DNA of 64,000 nt, taken from contig JAYFMW010000017.1 in assembly GCA_042408215.1 (NCBI GenBank), positions 32,001-96,000 of the forward strand. The letters are read 5' to 3'. The notes beneath the pieces were generated by a model that did not search any database, was not told the origin of the DNA, and was given only the letters and a program-made list of their open reading frames with translations. Position 1 is the stretch's first letter. Every line of letters begins with the position of its first letter. Both the position numbers and the translations under genes were made by a program. Shown here one piece after another: positions 30,902-41,486 of this stretch. The DNA comes from Microcoleus sp. (GTDB lineage: Bacteria; Cyanobacteriota; Cyanobacteriia; Cyanobacteriales; Microcoleaceae).

Positions 30902-31606
30902 TTACTCAAAGGTAGGAACTGTTAAAGCTGCGTCATCCAAGCCGATCGCCGGTTCCAGATGATCCGCCCGCGAGCCGTTAATTCTCTCACTGTAGGCAAA
31001 AGCTAGGTTATTTTGAGTTTGAGCAAACTTTTCGCTCCCCGGTTCCCGATTATTTAAAACTATTTGATAACCAGTAATTGCAATTTCCAGATTATTTGCC
31101 CTATTACCGGGAATTTGACTAATATGATTACTCAAATTTTCAATGAGGCCGACAATTGAGCTAATTGTTTCTGGATTTTCACCGGCAATTAACTTCTGTG
31201 CCACTTGCTGTAAAATCTCGGCAAAACGGGGATTGAGGAGATCTTGTCGTTGAGCGAGCATGGGGTCAATTACTGCAATATCGCTATTGCTAGCTTGTTC
31301 TGCTTGCAATAATTCTAGGATAAAATTTGCATACTCTTGTGATTTTTCACCTGGAGAGTTATCGCTATCTCCCTCATCATTCATCCCCAAGAATTGCCAT
31401 AGCTGACTGGCAACATTTCGCAAGAAATTAGCTCCATTCTCCCCTCCTTGCTCTGCCAAACTTGCCGCTACTAACTCGCAAGTTTCCAGAAATCCTCGAT
31501 CGAGCAATTCTGAGTTATCCTGTAAAATCTGCGGTTCCTCACCGTTGGGGCAATTCAGCAGGGTGTGAATTAATTGCAGATAGGCTTGGGCGCGGTTTTC
31601 ATCCAT
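30902..31606 (-). pseudogene. Truncated N-terminal part of a TPR (probably TPR-CHAT) protein
   Basis: MDENRAQAYLQLIHTLLNCPNGEEPQIL, RANNLEIAI, AQTQNNLA.AY..RI; ends after one or two TPRs at a repeat cluster. Confidence 0.65.
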
Positions 31607-31974
31607 TGTGGGGAGTAGTCAATAACACCGAAATTCATTTTAGCATTATTTATGGTTGGGTGGGGGCGGGTTTTTGAGATTGTTTGTTTCAGGCGATTAT
31701 TGTTGGTGAACCCGCCCCTAGGAAACCATATTTTGTAGCACCAGTTTGTAAGGTGCGTCAGCTTCTAGTTGCTAGACGATCAACGATCATACTCTGCTGA
31801 CGCACCTTACGGGAATTACTATCGCGTGTTTTTAAACCCGGAGATCCCCCCTAACCCCCCTTAAGAAGGGGGGGACAAGAGCCTTCAAAGTCAACCGCTA
31901 CTCACACCCTACTCCCTTATTAAGGGGGATGCGAGGGGGATCGAGACTCGGCTACAACCGTTGTTAAATTGCGA

Positions 31975-34176
31975 TCATTTAGGTGCTTTTTTCTGGGCTG
32001 CTTCGTAATTTTGTGTCATTAACTGGCTGACTTCGGGATTGTAAATCCGCAGATAATTCCAGTAATTCTCCAATACCGATTTCACGTATCCCTGAGTCTC
32101 AGGAAACGGAATTTTATTCACAAAATCGTCCGGGTCATTAAAGCTAAATCTCTTCAACCAATCCCCTACCGCATTGGGCCCGGCATTGTAACTCGCGACA
32201 GCTAACAAAGAGTTATTCTTGTACTCGTCGTGGGTGTGACCCAAATACCAAGTGCCGAGTTTAACGTTGTCGTTCACATCCTCCAAGGAATACTTTTTGA
32301 GGTTAATTTGTTCAGCAATCCAAGAGCCAGTTTCTGGCATTACTTGCATTAAACCCGTGGCACCAACTGCTGATTTAATTTTTGGCATAAATCGGGATTC
32401 TTGCCGGATTAATGCTGTTACTAATCCCGGATTTAATTTGCGTTGTTGCGACCATTTGACAATGGTTTCTAAGTAAGGAAAAGGATAGAGTGCTTGCCAA
32501 TAAGTCGGCTGCTGTCTGAGGGCGAGATATTGGGTTCTCTCTTCGGGTTTTTCTCGCTGCCGCAAACTTCCAATCATCCACAAACCGTCTAAGTTGTCTC
32601 CAACTCCAATTCGCATTAAACCATCGGTGAACTGTTCAGAAATAGTCGGTTCTACGCGGTTGGTAAATTCGATTTGCCACAGGGTCCAAGCATCTCTATC
32701 TTGACCTAGTTGATAGAGTTCTTTTAAAGCAGGAGAACCGGCTGGTGGTTCGGGTCGTTGAGGGGGGCGGACTAGATTGGGAGACAAATCGCGGACTGTG
32801 GTAAAATCGCCAACTGGCCAGCCGAGAAATACTGCCGATCGCCAAGCAAAATATGACTCTGGATAGTGTAAAATTGTGTACTCAAATGCTGTTTTTGCAT
32901 CTGCTTCCCGCCCGATTTGCTTGGCCCATTTCCCCACCCAAAATGCTGCTTCTGGAGCGAGTTCGCTGTCGGGATTGTGAGTGGTTAATTCCCTCGCCCA
33001 TTGCCAAGCTGAATTTACATCTCCGCCTTTGGCGAATTGTTGGGAAATAGTCCAGCGTAGTTCGCCTGCTTTCTCAGAATTGTTGTATTTTGTCAATAGC
33101 AATTTGCGGGTATCTGAGGCTGATTGAGCGCTGCCTAGTTGGTCGAGAAGTTTGGATTTATCTAATAGGGCTTCGGCGGCATGATTGGGAAAAGTGCTAA
33201 TAACTCGATCGAGCAAAACTACAGCTTCTTTGGGATCGACTAGCCGCGAGAGTCGAATTAATCCTAAACCGGTATCTTCGGAATCGGGAAAATCTCGCAC
33301 TAATTCTTGATAGGCAATTCTCGATTCCGGTATTTTCCCGTCTAACCACAAACCGCGAGCTTTGCGGTAAAGATTTCTGCCTGTTGGGGGAGCTTTGCCA
33401 TAGGCAAGAGCGCCTTTGCCATAATCCTGTTTTTCCCAATAGCCAAAAGCGATTTGTTCCCAATCTTGTGGTTTCAAAGCGCTGCTGTTTTGCTGCACCA
33501 GTTGTTCTAAAATTGTACCGTAATTATTGACATAATGACCGTGTTTTGCTACTATCAGCATCAACGGTGGCTGATTAGGGTTGGCTTTTAACTTAGTTTG
33601 GGCAATTTCTACGCTGCGGGGATGGGCGGGAAATTGAGTAATTGCCTGCTGCCAATATTCCGGTTTTGACTTGCCTAAAACATACAAAGCTTCGGCCGCT
33701 ACCGGGTCGTTGGGATAGTTTTTGAGCAGTTCTTGCCAAGCTTTTTCAGCTTGACCTTTGTCGCCGCTCAATTGGTAAGCTTGCGCCCGTTTTAGGGCAA
33801 TATGAGATGCTAATATTGGATATTCTTGCTCTAATTTGTCTAATAAAGTCAGAGCTTTCTTGGCATTTCCTTGCTGGATTAAATCGCTGGCAAGCAGGTA
33901 GCGGGCGCGACTTTGAGGGGAGACTTGCTGCTTGTCAGTTGCGCTTTGAGAGCTGGTGGCTGCGATCGCATCTAATTTCGTTGCTCTCTCCACTGGTGAC
34001 AGCGATACCAGCGTCTTAACTTCTGACTCGGAATTCGCTGCATCCCCTGGCTGCACCGCTTTTTGAAACGGGCTGACACCCATCCATTTCGCCGCAGCAA
34101 GTAGAGAGCCGATCGCGATCAGGGTAACTGAAATACTTATTAAAACAGAAAGTTTGGTTGTACGTCGCTTGAACAT
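31975..34176 (-). CDS. Soluble lytic transglycosylase (SLT) with TPR-like N-terminus
   Basis: LIRQESRF, GATGLMQVMP.T, ASYNAGP, IPFPETQGYVK. Confidence 0.95.
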   Translation of the reverse strand: MFKRRTTKLSVLISISVTLIAIGSLLAAAKWMGVSPFQKAVQPGDAANSESEVKTLVSLSPVERATKLDAIAATSSQSATDKQQVSPQSRARYLLASDLIQQGNAKKALTLLDKLEQEYPILASHIALKRAQAYQLSGDKGQAEKAWQELLKNYPNDPVAAEALYVLGKSKPEYWQQAITQFPAHPRSVEIAQTKLKANPNQPPLMLIVAKHGHYVNNYGTILEQLVQQNSSALKPQDWEQIAFGYWEKQDYGKGALAYGKAPPTGRNLYRKARGLWLDGKIPESRIAYQELVRDFPDSEDTGLGLIRLSRLVDPKEAVVLLDRVISTFPNHAAEALLDKSKLLDQLGSAQSASDTRKLLLTKYNNSEKAGELRWTISQQFAKGGDVNSAWQWARELTTHNPDSELAPEAAFWVGKWAKQIGREADAKTAFEYTILHYPESYFAWRSAVFLGWPVGDFTTVRDLSPNLVRPPQRPEPPAGSPALKELYQLGQDRDAWTLWQIEFTNRVEPTISEQFTDGLMRIGVGDNLDGLWMIGSLRQREKPEERTQYLALRQQPTYWQALYPFPYLETIVKWSQQRKLNPGLVTALIRQESRFMPKIKSAVGATGLMQVMPETGSWIAEQINLKKYSLEDVNDNVKLGTWYLGHTHDEYKNNSLLAVASYNAGPNAVGDWLKRFSFNDPDDFVNKIPFPETQGYVKSVLENYWNYLRIYNPEVSQLMTQNYEAAQKKAPK

Positions 34177-34321
34177 GGGAATTTAAGATAATCAGAATAA
34201 AGAGCGGGTGATTTCTCAAAAGTTATCACAGGTAGGATAGCTGTTCCACAAGAAATAAAAACATAAATCACCAACTACCAAGTACAATCAAAAATCGAAA
34301 ATCTAAACTGTAAATCAAAAC

Positions 34322-35797
34322 ATGGAATTTCGAGTTACCGATACGCCCTCCTCTGTTTGGACGGGAGATGCCCTGGCAATTGGCCTATTTGAAGACGCGG
34401 TAGAGTTGACCGACGAACTGGCACAATTAGATGAAAAGCTTGCAGGGACGCTGAAAGAGCTGATTGAGGAAGTAGATTTCAAGGGCAAAGCTGGCACCAG
34501 CGCCATCACTCGCGTCGGCGGCAACAGTCCCATCCGCAAAATTGCGATCGTCGGTTTGGGGAAAGCAGAGAACTTAAAATTAGACATTTTGCGGCAAGCT
34601 GCGGGTATTTGCGCCAAGTTAGCCAAAAAGGAAAAATGTAAAACCTTGGGAATTAGCTTTCCTCTGTGGAAAAGTGCGCCGGATTCTACAGCTTCAGCCA
34701 TCGCCGAAGGTGTGGAACTCGCCCTGCATCAAGACAACCGTTTCAAATCGGAACCCGACGATCAAAGCCAGTCGATCGCACAAATAGACTTGCTAGGTTT
34801 AGCTGGTACCGAAAGTGCGATCGTCCGCGCCCGCCAAATCACTGCTGGAGTAATTTTAGCACGGGAATTGGTCGCAGCGCCGGCAAATTCTGTCACCCCA
34901 ATTACAATGGCCGAAACCGCTCAAAGTCTGGCGGCTGAATGTGGTTTAACATTAGAAATCTTGGAGCGAGAAGACTGTGAAAAACTCGGCATGGGAGCAT
35001 TTCTCGGCGTTGCCCAAGCATCCGACTTGCCCCCAAAATTCATCCACTTAATTTACAAACCAGAAGGCCAACCGCGCCGCAAAATAGCAATTGTGGGCAA
35101 AGGATTGACTTTCGATTCCGGCGGCTTGAACATCAAAGGTGTCGGCAGTGGCATTGAAATGATGAAAGTCGATATGGGCGGCGCAGCGGCAACTTTGGGA
35201 GCGGCAAAGGCGATCGGTCACATCAAACCCGATGTCGAAGTTCACTTTATCAGTGCCGTCACTGAAAACATGATCAGCGGCCACGCTATGCGCCCTGGAG
35301 ACATCCTCACAGCTTCTAACGGCAAAACAATCGAAGTTAACAATACCGACGCTGAAGGGCGTTTAACCCTCGCTGATGCTTTGGTATTTGCTGATAAATT
35401 GGGAGTTGATGCGATCGTCGATTTAGCGACTTTGACCGGGGCTTGTGTAATTGCTTTAGGCGATGATATCGCTGGTTTGTGGAGTCCTCAAGACAGCGTT
35501 GCTGCGGAACTTTCAGCCGCCTCAGAATTAGCCGGAGAAAAGTTTTGGCGAATGCCGATGGAAGAGAAGTATTTTGAAGGCATGAAAGCTTTGCACGCTG
35601 ACATGAAAAACACTGGGCCACGTCCCGGTGGAGCAATTACAGCAGCCCTATTTTTGCAGCAGTTTGTGAAGGATACTGCTTGGGCTCACTTAGATATTGC
35701 CGGGCCAGTTTGGACTGAAAAAGAAAACGGCTACAACAATGCTGGGGCTACTGGTTTTGGGGTTCGGACTCTGGTGCATTGGGCTCTAGGGGAATAG
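34322..35797 (+). CDS. pepA: Leucyl aminopeptidase (M17)
   Basis: [33 protein letters not shown]. Confidence 0.97.
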   Translation: MEFRVTDTPSSVWTGDALAIGLFEDAVELTDELAQLDEKLAGTLKELIEEVDFKGKAGTSAITRVGGNSPIRKIAIVGLGKAENLKLDILRQAAGICAKLAKKEKCKTLGISFPLWKSAPDSTASAIAEGVELALHQDNRFKSEPDDQSQSIAQIDLLGLAGTESAIVRARQITAGVILARELVAAPANSVTPITMAETAQSLAAECGLTLEILEREDCEKLGMGAFLGVAQASDLPPKFIHLIYKPEGQPRRKIAIVGKGLTFDSGGLNIKGVGSGIEMMKVDMGGAAATLGAAKAIGHIKPDVEVHFISAVTENMISGHAMRPGDILTASNGKTIEVNNTDAEGRLTLADALVFADKLGVDAIVDLATLTGACVIALGDDIAGLWSPQDSVAAELSAASELAGEKFWRMPMEEKYFEGMKALHADMKNTGPRPGGAITAALFLQQFVKDTAWAHLDIAGPVWTEKENGYNNAGATGFGVRTLVHWALGE

Positions 35798-36122
35798 AGA
35801 ATACCCAGATCCCCGACTTCTTAAAGAAGTCGGGGATCTAACGCGCGATCGCGTTTTACGTTGAATTAGGTTGACTTACTTAATTAATCCGGGTATCCCT
35901 GTCAAAATCTCTGAGAGTGCCTTCCTGATTCCTCAAAAAAGTGAACTAGCATAAAATACAAAAAAAGTATATAATCATCTAAACATTTCAAAAACTGCAA
36001 TCAGATAAGTGAGCAACGGCTAAAAAAACAGAATACCCAGATCCCCGACTTCTTTAAGCCTGCGGGGATCTAACAGAATAATTACTTTTCAGGAGATTTG
36101 CATTGATACAGAACACTTTTTA

Positions 36123-37481
36123 TTGAACTTTATGCAAACAATATTAACCAACTTGTTTTTGGCAAATTCTCTGTCGGCCGCACTGGGCTGCAACGAGCCG
36201 GAGTTACTACTAAACGCTGTTTTTGAATCGCTGACGGGACTGGCATATTTCGCGATCGCACTATCTTTAGTCTATTTTGTTCGCAAAGGCTCTCACAACA
36301 AGATTTGGCTGCTATTGGCCGTTGTCTTGTTTGTCTGTAGCACAGCTCAAGTTGCGAAAGTTTGGATGCTTTGGCATCCAATTTATTGGCTGTTGGGATA
36401 TGTCAAAGCGACAATTGCTTTGATGTCTTTGTTAGCAGCTACAATTGCGATCGCCCAAATCAACAAAGCACTAGCAGAATCAAGTTTAGAGCTGGAAAAA
36501 AATCTTCAACAATTGCTAGAAGAAAGCCCGCAGGGAGAGGAATTGGATTGCATCCAGCAACCGGAATTGGCTCAGGATTCGATCGATATTTCTGAATCTG
36601 ACACTATTGTCGATCGCACTGCGGAGATCAATTCGCTTAACGAACAGTTACAAAAGGAAATTGCCGCTCGCCAGCGGGCCGAGGAAAAGTTGCAACTGAC
36701 TCAGTTTGCGATCGATCGATCGGCGGATGCAGTATTCTGGATCGGGTCGGATGCTAAGTTTTTATACGTCAACAATGCAGCTTGCTCTTCTTTGGGATAT
36801 TCTGCGGCAGAATTGCTCTCGATGAACGTACACGACATCAATCCAGAATTTCCAGAAACTGCTTGGAATCTGCACTGGAATGTGTTAAAAAGGTGCGGTT
36901 CAGTTAAGATTGAAGTTCACCACATCACTAAGTACGGTAGGATTTTTCCGGTAGAAATTACGCTCAATCATTTGAAATTTAACGGCCAAGAATATCAGTG
37001 CGTGTTTGCTCGCGATATTAGCGCTCGGAAACGGATTGAAGCCACTTTCCTAGCAAGGGAACAAGAGTTTAGGTCATTAGTTTCTAATATTCCCGGTGCT
37101 GTTTATCGTTGTAGCCCGGAAGGTCGATATGCTCTGACTTTTATCAGCAGCGACATAGAAGTTATTGCCGGCTATCCTGCTACTAATTTTCTGCTCAAAC
37201 CAGTGCAGGATTTTGCTAGTATTGTTCATCCAGATGACCGAGATTTCATCAATAAAATGATCGCGAGTTCAGTGAAAGCAAAACAACCTTACATGATTGA
37301 ATATCGCCTGATACACTTGGACGGAAATGTCAGGTGGGTAGCAGAGAAAGGTCAAGCTATTTTCGGCGAATCCGGGCAAGTTTTATCGCTCAACGGTGCC
37401 ATTTTTGACATAACTGAACGCAAGGAATCTGAGGATGCTTTGCGGCTTTCAGAGGCGATCGCCAACAACAGAGCTCAGTAG
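36123..37481 (+). pseudogene. Membrane-anchored PAS-domain sensor, truncated before the kinase domain
   Basis: Three TM helices resembling an ethylene-receptor-like domain, two PAS/PAC domains; frame continues RAQ*L*IAL; no HisKA/HATPase. Confidence 0.65.
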
Positions 37482-37590
37482 CTATAAATAGCCCTAAGCC
37501 TCTGCATATAGCGTTTTGTAGGGGGCAATCCCCCCGTGGTTGCCCCCTGTGGTGATGTTGCGTCTGTTGTTATTAGCCAGGAATGTTCTA

Positions 37591-38430
37591 TTAACTGTGA
37601 AACGGAATAGTTACTAAAGGCAAAAGCGTTAAAACCAGCCAACTCCAAAACCACTTATTCGGTTTTGGCGACGTTTCCGGTTCTGCTAACAGCGCCTCTA
37701 TTCTCTCTCCCAATCTATTTGGCAACCCGACAGCACCAACCACGCAAGCTATCTCAAAATAGTGGTGCGGATAACTCGCTACCAACAGCAAAGCTTCTGC
37801 TAATAATAAAGAATCTACACCCGCCGCAGCTTTGGCATCAGCCCGCAATTCCCGCAGTGTTAATAACTCTTCCCACAAAGCCTGGGTATTCGGTAGCCAA
37901 GCTGTGATTTGCCGCAGCAATCCCAGCCCAAAAAAACCGAAGGTATCGCGATAATAGTAGTGCGCTTGCTCGTGGGCAATAACGGCTTCAATGTGTACTT
38001 GATCCAAGGTTTTTAACAACCCCGTACTGACTACAAATTCTGGATGCCAAAAGCCAATTAGAGCAGAAAATAAAGCGGGTGTCTCCATAATTCTGACGGT
38101 GGTTCCGGCTATTTTTTGCTGAGGATAATTGCGAATTTTATTGAGAAATAAACTACCGTCTACCGCTAGCTTGATGCCGGAAAATACTGCTTTTCCTAAA
38201 AAGGCTGCGGCTAGCAAATAGCTCAACCATCCGTCCCACAATCCTACCATTTGTCCTTTAGTTCCCATGCTAAAAACTGCGGCGGATGTTACGAGCAATA
38301 GCAGCGGAGGAAATAGAAATAATAAGAGCGATCGCTGCCAGCGTTGGGCCCAATTTCCTGTAGGATGAGACCAGGTGAGTCTGAGATAGTAACCGAGACT
38401 TAGTGCAACTATAATTAGGATTAAGTGCAT
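37591..38430 (-). CDS. petP: M56/BlaR1-type membrane metalloprotease (PetP-like)
   Basis: AVIAHEQAH (HExxH), RELRAD, TM segments; coupled to a BlaI/CopY gene. Confidence 0.8.
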   Translation of the reverse strand: MHLILIIVALSLGYYLRLTWSHPTGNWAQRWQRSLLLFLFPPLLLLVTSAAVFSMGTKGQMVGLWDGWLSYLLAAAFLGKAVFSGIKLAVDGSLFLNKIRNYPQQKIAGTTVRIMETPALFSALIGFWHPEFVVSTGLLKTLDQVHIEAVIAHEQAHYYYRDTFGFFGLGLLRQITAWLPNTQALWEELLTLRELRADAKAAAGVDSLLLAEALLLVASYPHHYFEIACVVGAVGLPNRLGERIEALLAEPETSPKPNKWFWSWLVLTLLPLVTIPFHS

Positions 38431-38858
38431 TATTTTTGCTCCTCCCTAGCTTGGCGGACAGCTTGAATGCGAAGGGAAATTTCTTCTAATTGTTCGACGG
38501 TTGCTTGGTCAAGACTGTCAGCAAATCCTGCTACAATATCGGGGTTTCCTACTGCTAGGAATTTCTGCAAGCGATCGTAAGCAAAAAGTGCTTGAGCTTG
38601 TGGGCGAGAAACTAATGGTTGCCAAGTGAAAGTCCGCTCTGTTTTGTCGCAAGCTAGCCAACCTTTGTCTGTCAAGCGACGCAGCACTGTTGTGACTGAG
38701 GCGTAAGCTAATTCGCGATCGGGATCTGACAAAATGCGATCGTGTACTTCTTTAACTGTAGCACAGCTTAGTTCCCAAACAATATTCAAAATCTCTGCCT
38801 CCAAAGGGCCGAGAGAAAGTTGTTTCGGACGATAATTTGGTAGAGGGTTCATAGGCAA
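38430..38858 (-). CDS. petR: BlaI/MecI/CopY family transcriptional regulator (PetR-like)
   Basis: LSLGPLEAEIL.IVW...ATVKEVHDRIL.DPDRELAYASVTTVLRRL..KGWL. Confidence 0.85.
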   Translation of the reverse strand: MPMNPLPNYRPKQLSLGPLEAEILNIVWELSCATVKEVHDRILSDPDRELAYASVTTVLRRLTDKGWLACDKTERTFTWQPLVSRPQAQALFAYDRLQKFLAVGNPDIVAGFADSLDQATVEQLEEISLRIQAVRQAREEQK

Positions 38859-39003
38859 TTAACAATTCAAAATGTGATTTTTCCTTCAAATATTAATTGA
38901 CTTTATACTCCATCGCCAATTCTCTACTTTAGAGTACAGCCATTCTGGATCGCTCCGTGTTTATTTTAGAAATATTTAATCTAAATCATCCAAATATCAA
39001 GTT

Positions 39004-39023
39004 TGACAGTCTGTCATTTGACA
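39004..39023 (+). promoter_or_regulatory. Palindromic operator (GAC-N5-GTC) abutting a TTGACA -35 box upstream of mbnP
   Basis: TGACAGTCTGTCATTTGACA; 18/20 identical to the minus-strand site at 56089-56108. Confidence 0.7.
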
Positions 39024-39103
39024 GGAGCAGCACCTCAGTGTCAGAATCTAGATTTTGTGAGTAATTTTTGGATGATTGACTTCATTTCATCTCAGATTAA
39101 CCT

Positions 39104-40075
39104 ATGTTCAAAAAACAACTATTATTAGCGTCAACTACCGCTGCTGGCATTGCTGTTTTGAGCGGCTATCTGGGAATTGCCCGGAATCAAGCTCAAGCGG
39201 CAGAAACTCAAGAAGTCGATCTAAAATTTAGCGGTCAAGTAGGCGACAAACCCTTTAATTGTGGCGAAAGCTACAGCAATTTAGGTATGGCAGCTACTAC
39301 AGTTACGCCCACCGACTTTCGGTTTTATGTATCTGAAATTGCCTTAATTGATGCTAATGGCAAAGCAGTACCCGTAACTCTCAAACAAGACGGAAAGTGG
39401 CAGCATCAAAATGTTGCTTTGCTGGATTTTGAGAATAAATCTAGTGCTTGTGCAAATGGGACAGTAGAAATTCGCGATCGCATTCTCGGCACTATACCCA
39501 AAGGCAACTACAAAGGCTTACAATTCACCCTCGGCGTACCCTTCAATCTCAATCACAAAGACGCCACACTCGCACCTTCTCCCCTGAATTTAACATCTCT
39601 GTGGTGGAACTGGCGCGGCGGCTACAAATTTCTGCGGATCGACATGAAAAATCCAAGTAAAAGCACAATGCCTGGAAGCCACAGTCAGGGCGATCGCATT
39701 CAGGAAACTGCTAGCACAAAACCCGAACAACACAGTCCTGAAAACAACCAAAATCACGGCTATACAGCAGGTTTTGTCATTCATTTAGGCAGCACCGGAT
39801 GCACAGCCGGAGACAAAAATCAGCAACCAAATAGCTGTACAAATCATCACAAAGCAAAAGTTGTTTTCAATAACTTTGACCCAGCCCAAAATACAGTAGT
39901 TGCCGACATCAAATCCCTGGTAGCTAATAGCAATTTGGCAATAAATCAACCGAATACTCCTCCCGGTTGTATGTCAGACCCCAAGGATAGTGATTGTGCT
40001 GGGATTATGAATAATTTAGGTTTGCCATTTGATGGAAAAGTTGCGGGTAAACAGACTTTTTTCAAAGTTAAATAA
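39104..40075 (+). CDS. mbnP: MbnP family copper-binding protein (metallo-mystery pair, Cys-motif protein)
   Basis: Signal peptide, DFRFYVS, LLDFE, FTLGVPF.LNH, WWNWRGGYKF (WxW), HLGSTGC, GCMS. Confidence 0.88.
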   Translation: MFKKQLLLASTTAAGIAVLSGYLGIARNQAQAAETQEVDLKFSGQVGDKPFNCGESYSNLGMAATTVTPTDFRFYVSEIALIDANGKAVPVTLKQDGKWQHQNVALLDFENKSSACANGTVEIRDRILGTIPKGNYKGLQFTLGVPFNLNHKDATLAPSPLNLTSLWWNWRGGYKFLRIDMKNPSKSTMPGSHSQGDRIQETASTKPEQHSPENNQNHGYTAGFVIHLGSTGCTAGDKNQQPNSCTNHHKAKVVFNNFDPAQNTVVADIKSLVANSNLAINQPNTPPGCMSDPKDSDCAGIMNNLGLPFDGKVAGKQTFFKVK

Positions 40076-40307
40076 CCGCTCCGGGGCAGGGCTGTTTCAT
40101 TCTGAGGAAAACGAGGATTTTGTAGGGGTAGTGCTACCCCTACTCCCCGTACCCCCCCACCAACCTTCGAATGGGCGTTTGGGCCATCGGGGCACCACGG
40201 GGGGGTTTGCCCCTAGAAAGAATGAAACAGCCCTGCGCTCCGGGGCGGGTTCGCCAATAACCTTGAAGATGGCAGATAATTTAAATAAACCCGCCCCCAC
40301 ACCACAA

Positions 40308-41486
40308 ATGAAATTGAGTCGCTTATTCACCTTTACTATGATTTGCATTTTGTCATGTTTTTTGGCGATCGCCCTGACTCAACTTTTAGGGCAGGAAAAA
40401 AGTGCGATCGCCACTCCCCCACCTCAAACCTACAACTGGAATATCCCCCCTTGGATGCCGAAACCAATTGTACCAGCCGACAACCCAATGAACAACGAAA
40501 AAATCGAATTGGGACGGCATCTTTTCTACGAAAAACGCTTGTCAATTACAGGAGAATTTTCCTGTGCATCCTGTCACATTCAAGCCAAAGCTTTTACAGA
40601 CGGTAAAACAGTAGGAGTCGGCGCAACCGGAGAAAAACACCCGCGAAATGCCATGAGTTTAACCAATATTGGCTACAATTCAGTGCTGACTTGGGCAAAT
40701 CCGTTAATGGCTAAACTAGAATTTCAAGCCTTAGTTCCCATGTTTGGCGAACACCCAGTCGAGATGGGAATGGTAGGAAAAGAACAGGAAATTATCGCAA
40801 TGTTTGGACAAGATGCGCGATACAAAAAAATGTTTATCGCAGCTTTTGGTGACGGCGAAAACGCTATTAGCATCAGCAACATCATGAAAGCCATAGCAGC
40901 ATTTGAACGCACTCTAATTTCCGTCAATTCTCCCTACGATCGCTATCGCTACGGCGGCGACAAGAACGCTATCTCAGCGTCAGCTAAGCGGGGCGAAGAA
41001 TTATTTAATAGCGAACGCTTAGAATGCTTCCACTGTCACGGTGGCATGAATTTTTCAGATTCAATTATGCACGATCGCTTAGCTTTTAAAGAAATTGCTT
41101 TTCACAATACTGGACTGTATAATATAGATGGCAAGGGCGCTTATCCGCCAAACAACACTGGGGTTTACGAGGTTACTGGCGAACCATCAGATATGGGAAA
41201 ATTCAAAGCACCGACTTTACGAAATATTGCCTTAACAGCACCTTATATGCACGACGGAAGTATCAAGACTTTGTCAGAAGTTATCGGTCACTATAAAGCA
41301 GGTGGCAGAACTATTAAAAAAGGAGAATTTGCCGGAGTAGGGAGCGAAAACCCACTCAAAAGTAATTTTGTTTCTGGCTTTAAATTGACGGTACAAGAAC
41401 AACGGGATTTGCTGGCTTTCCTGAAAAGTTTAACAGAGGTAGAATTTATCAACAACCCCGCTTTTCGAGACCCAACTTTACCCTAG
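40308..41486 (+). CDS. mbnH: MbnH family di-heme enzyme (MauG/CCP superfamily)
   Basis: Two CxxCH (CASCH, CFHCH), LGRHLFYE.RLS, FKAPTLRNIALTAPYMHDGS; directly after mbnP; start moved to ATG 40308 because the upstream extension is palindromic repeat DNA. Confidence 0.88.
   Translation: MKLSRLFTFTMICILSCFLAIALTQLLGQEKSAIATPPPQTYNWNIPPWMPKPIVPADNPMNNEKIELGRHLFYEKRLSITGEFSCASCHIQAKAFTDGKTVGVGATGEKHPRNAMSLTNIGYNSVLTWANPLMAKLEFQALVPMFGEHPVEMGMVGKEQEIIAMFGQDARYKKMFIAAFGDGENAISISNIMKAIAAFERTLISVNSPYDRYRYGGDKNAISASAKRGEELFNSERLECFHCHGGMNFSDSIMHDRLAFKEIAFHNTGLYNIDGKGAYPPNNTGVYEVTGEPSDMGKFKAPTLRNIALTAPYMHDGSIKTLSEVIGHYKAGGRTIKKGEFAGVGSENPLKSNFVSGFKLTVQEQRDLLAFLKSLTEVEFINNPAFRDPTLP

Noticed and set aside
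40029..40307. N-terminal extension of mbnH
   Set aside because: Consists of palindromic repeat DNA; a signal-peptide-like start is at 40308
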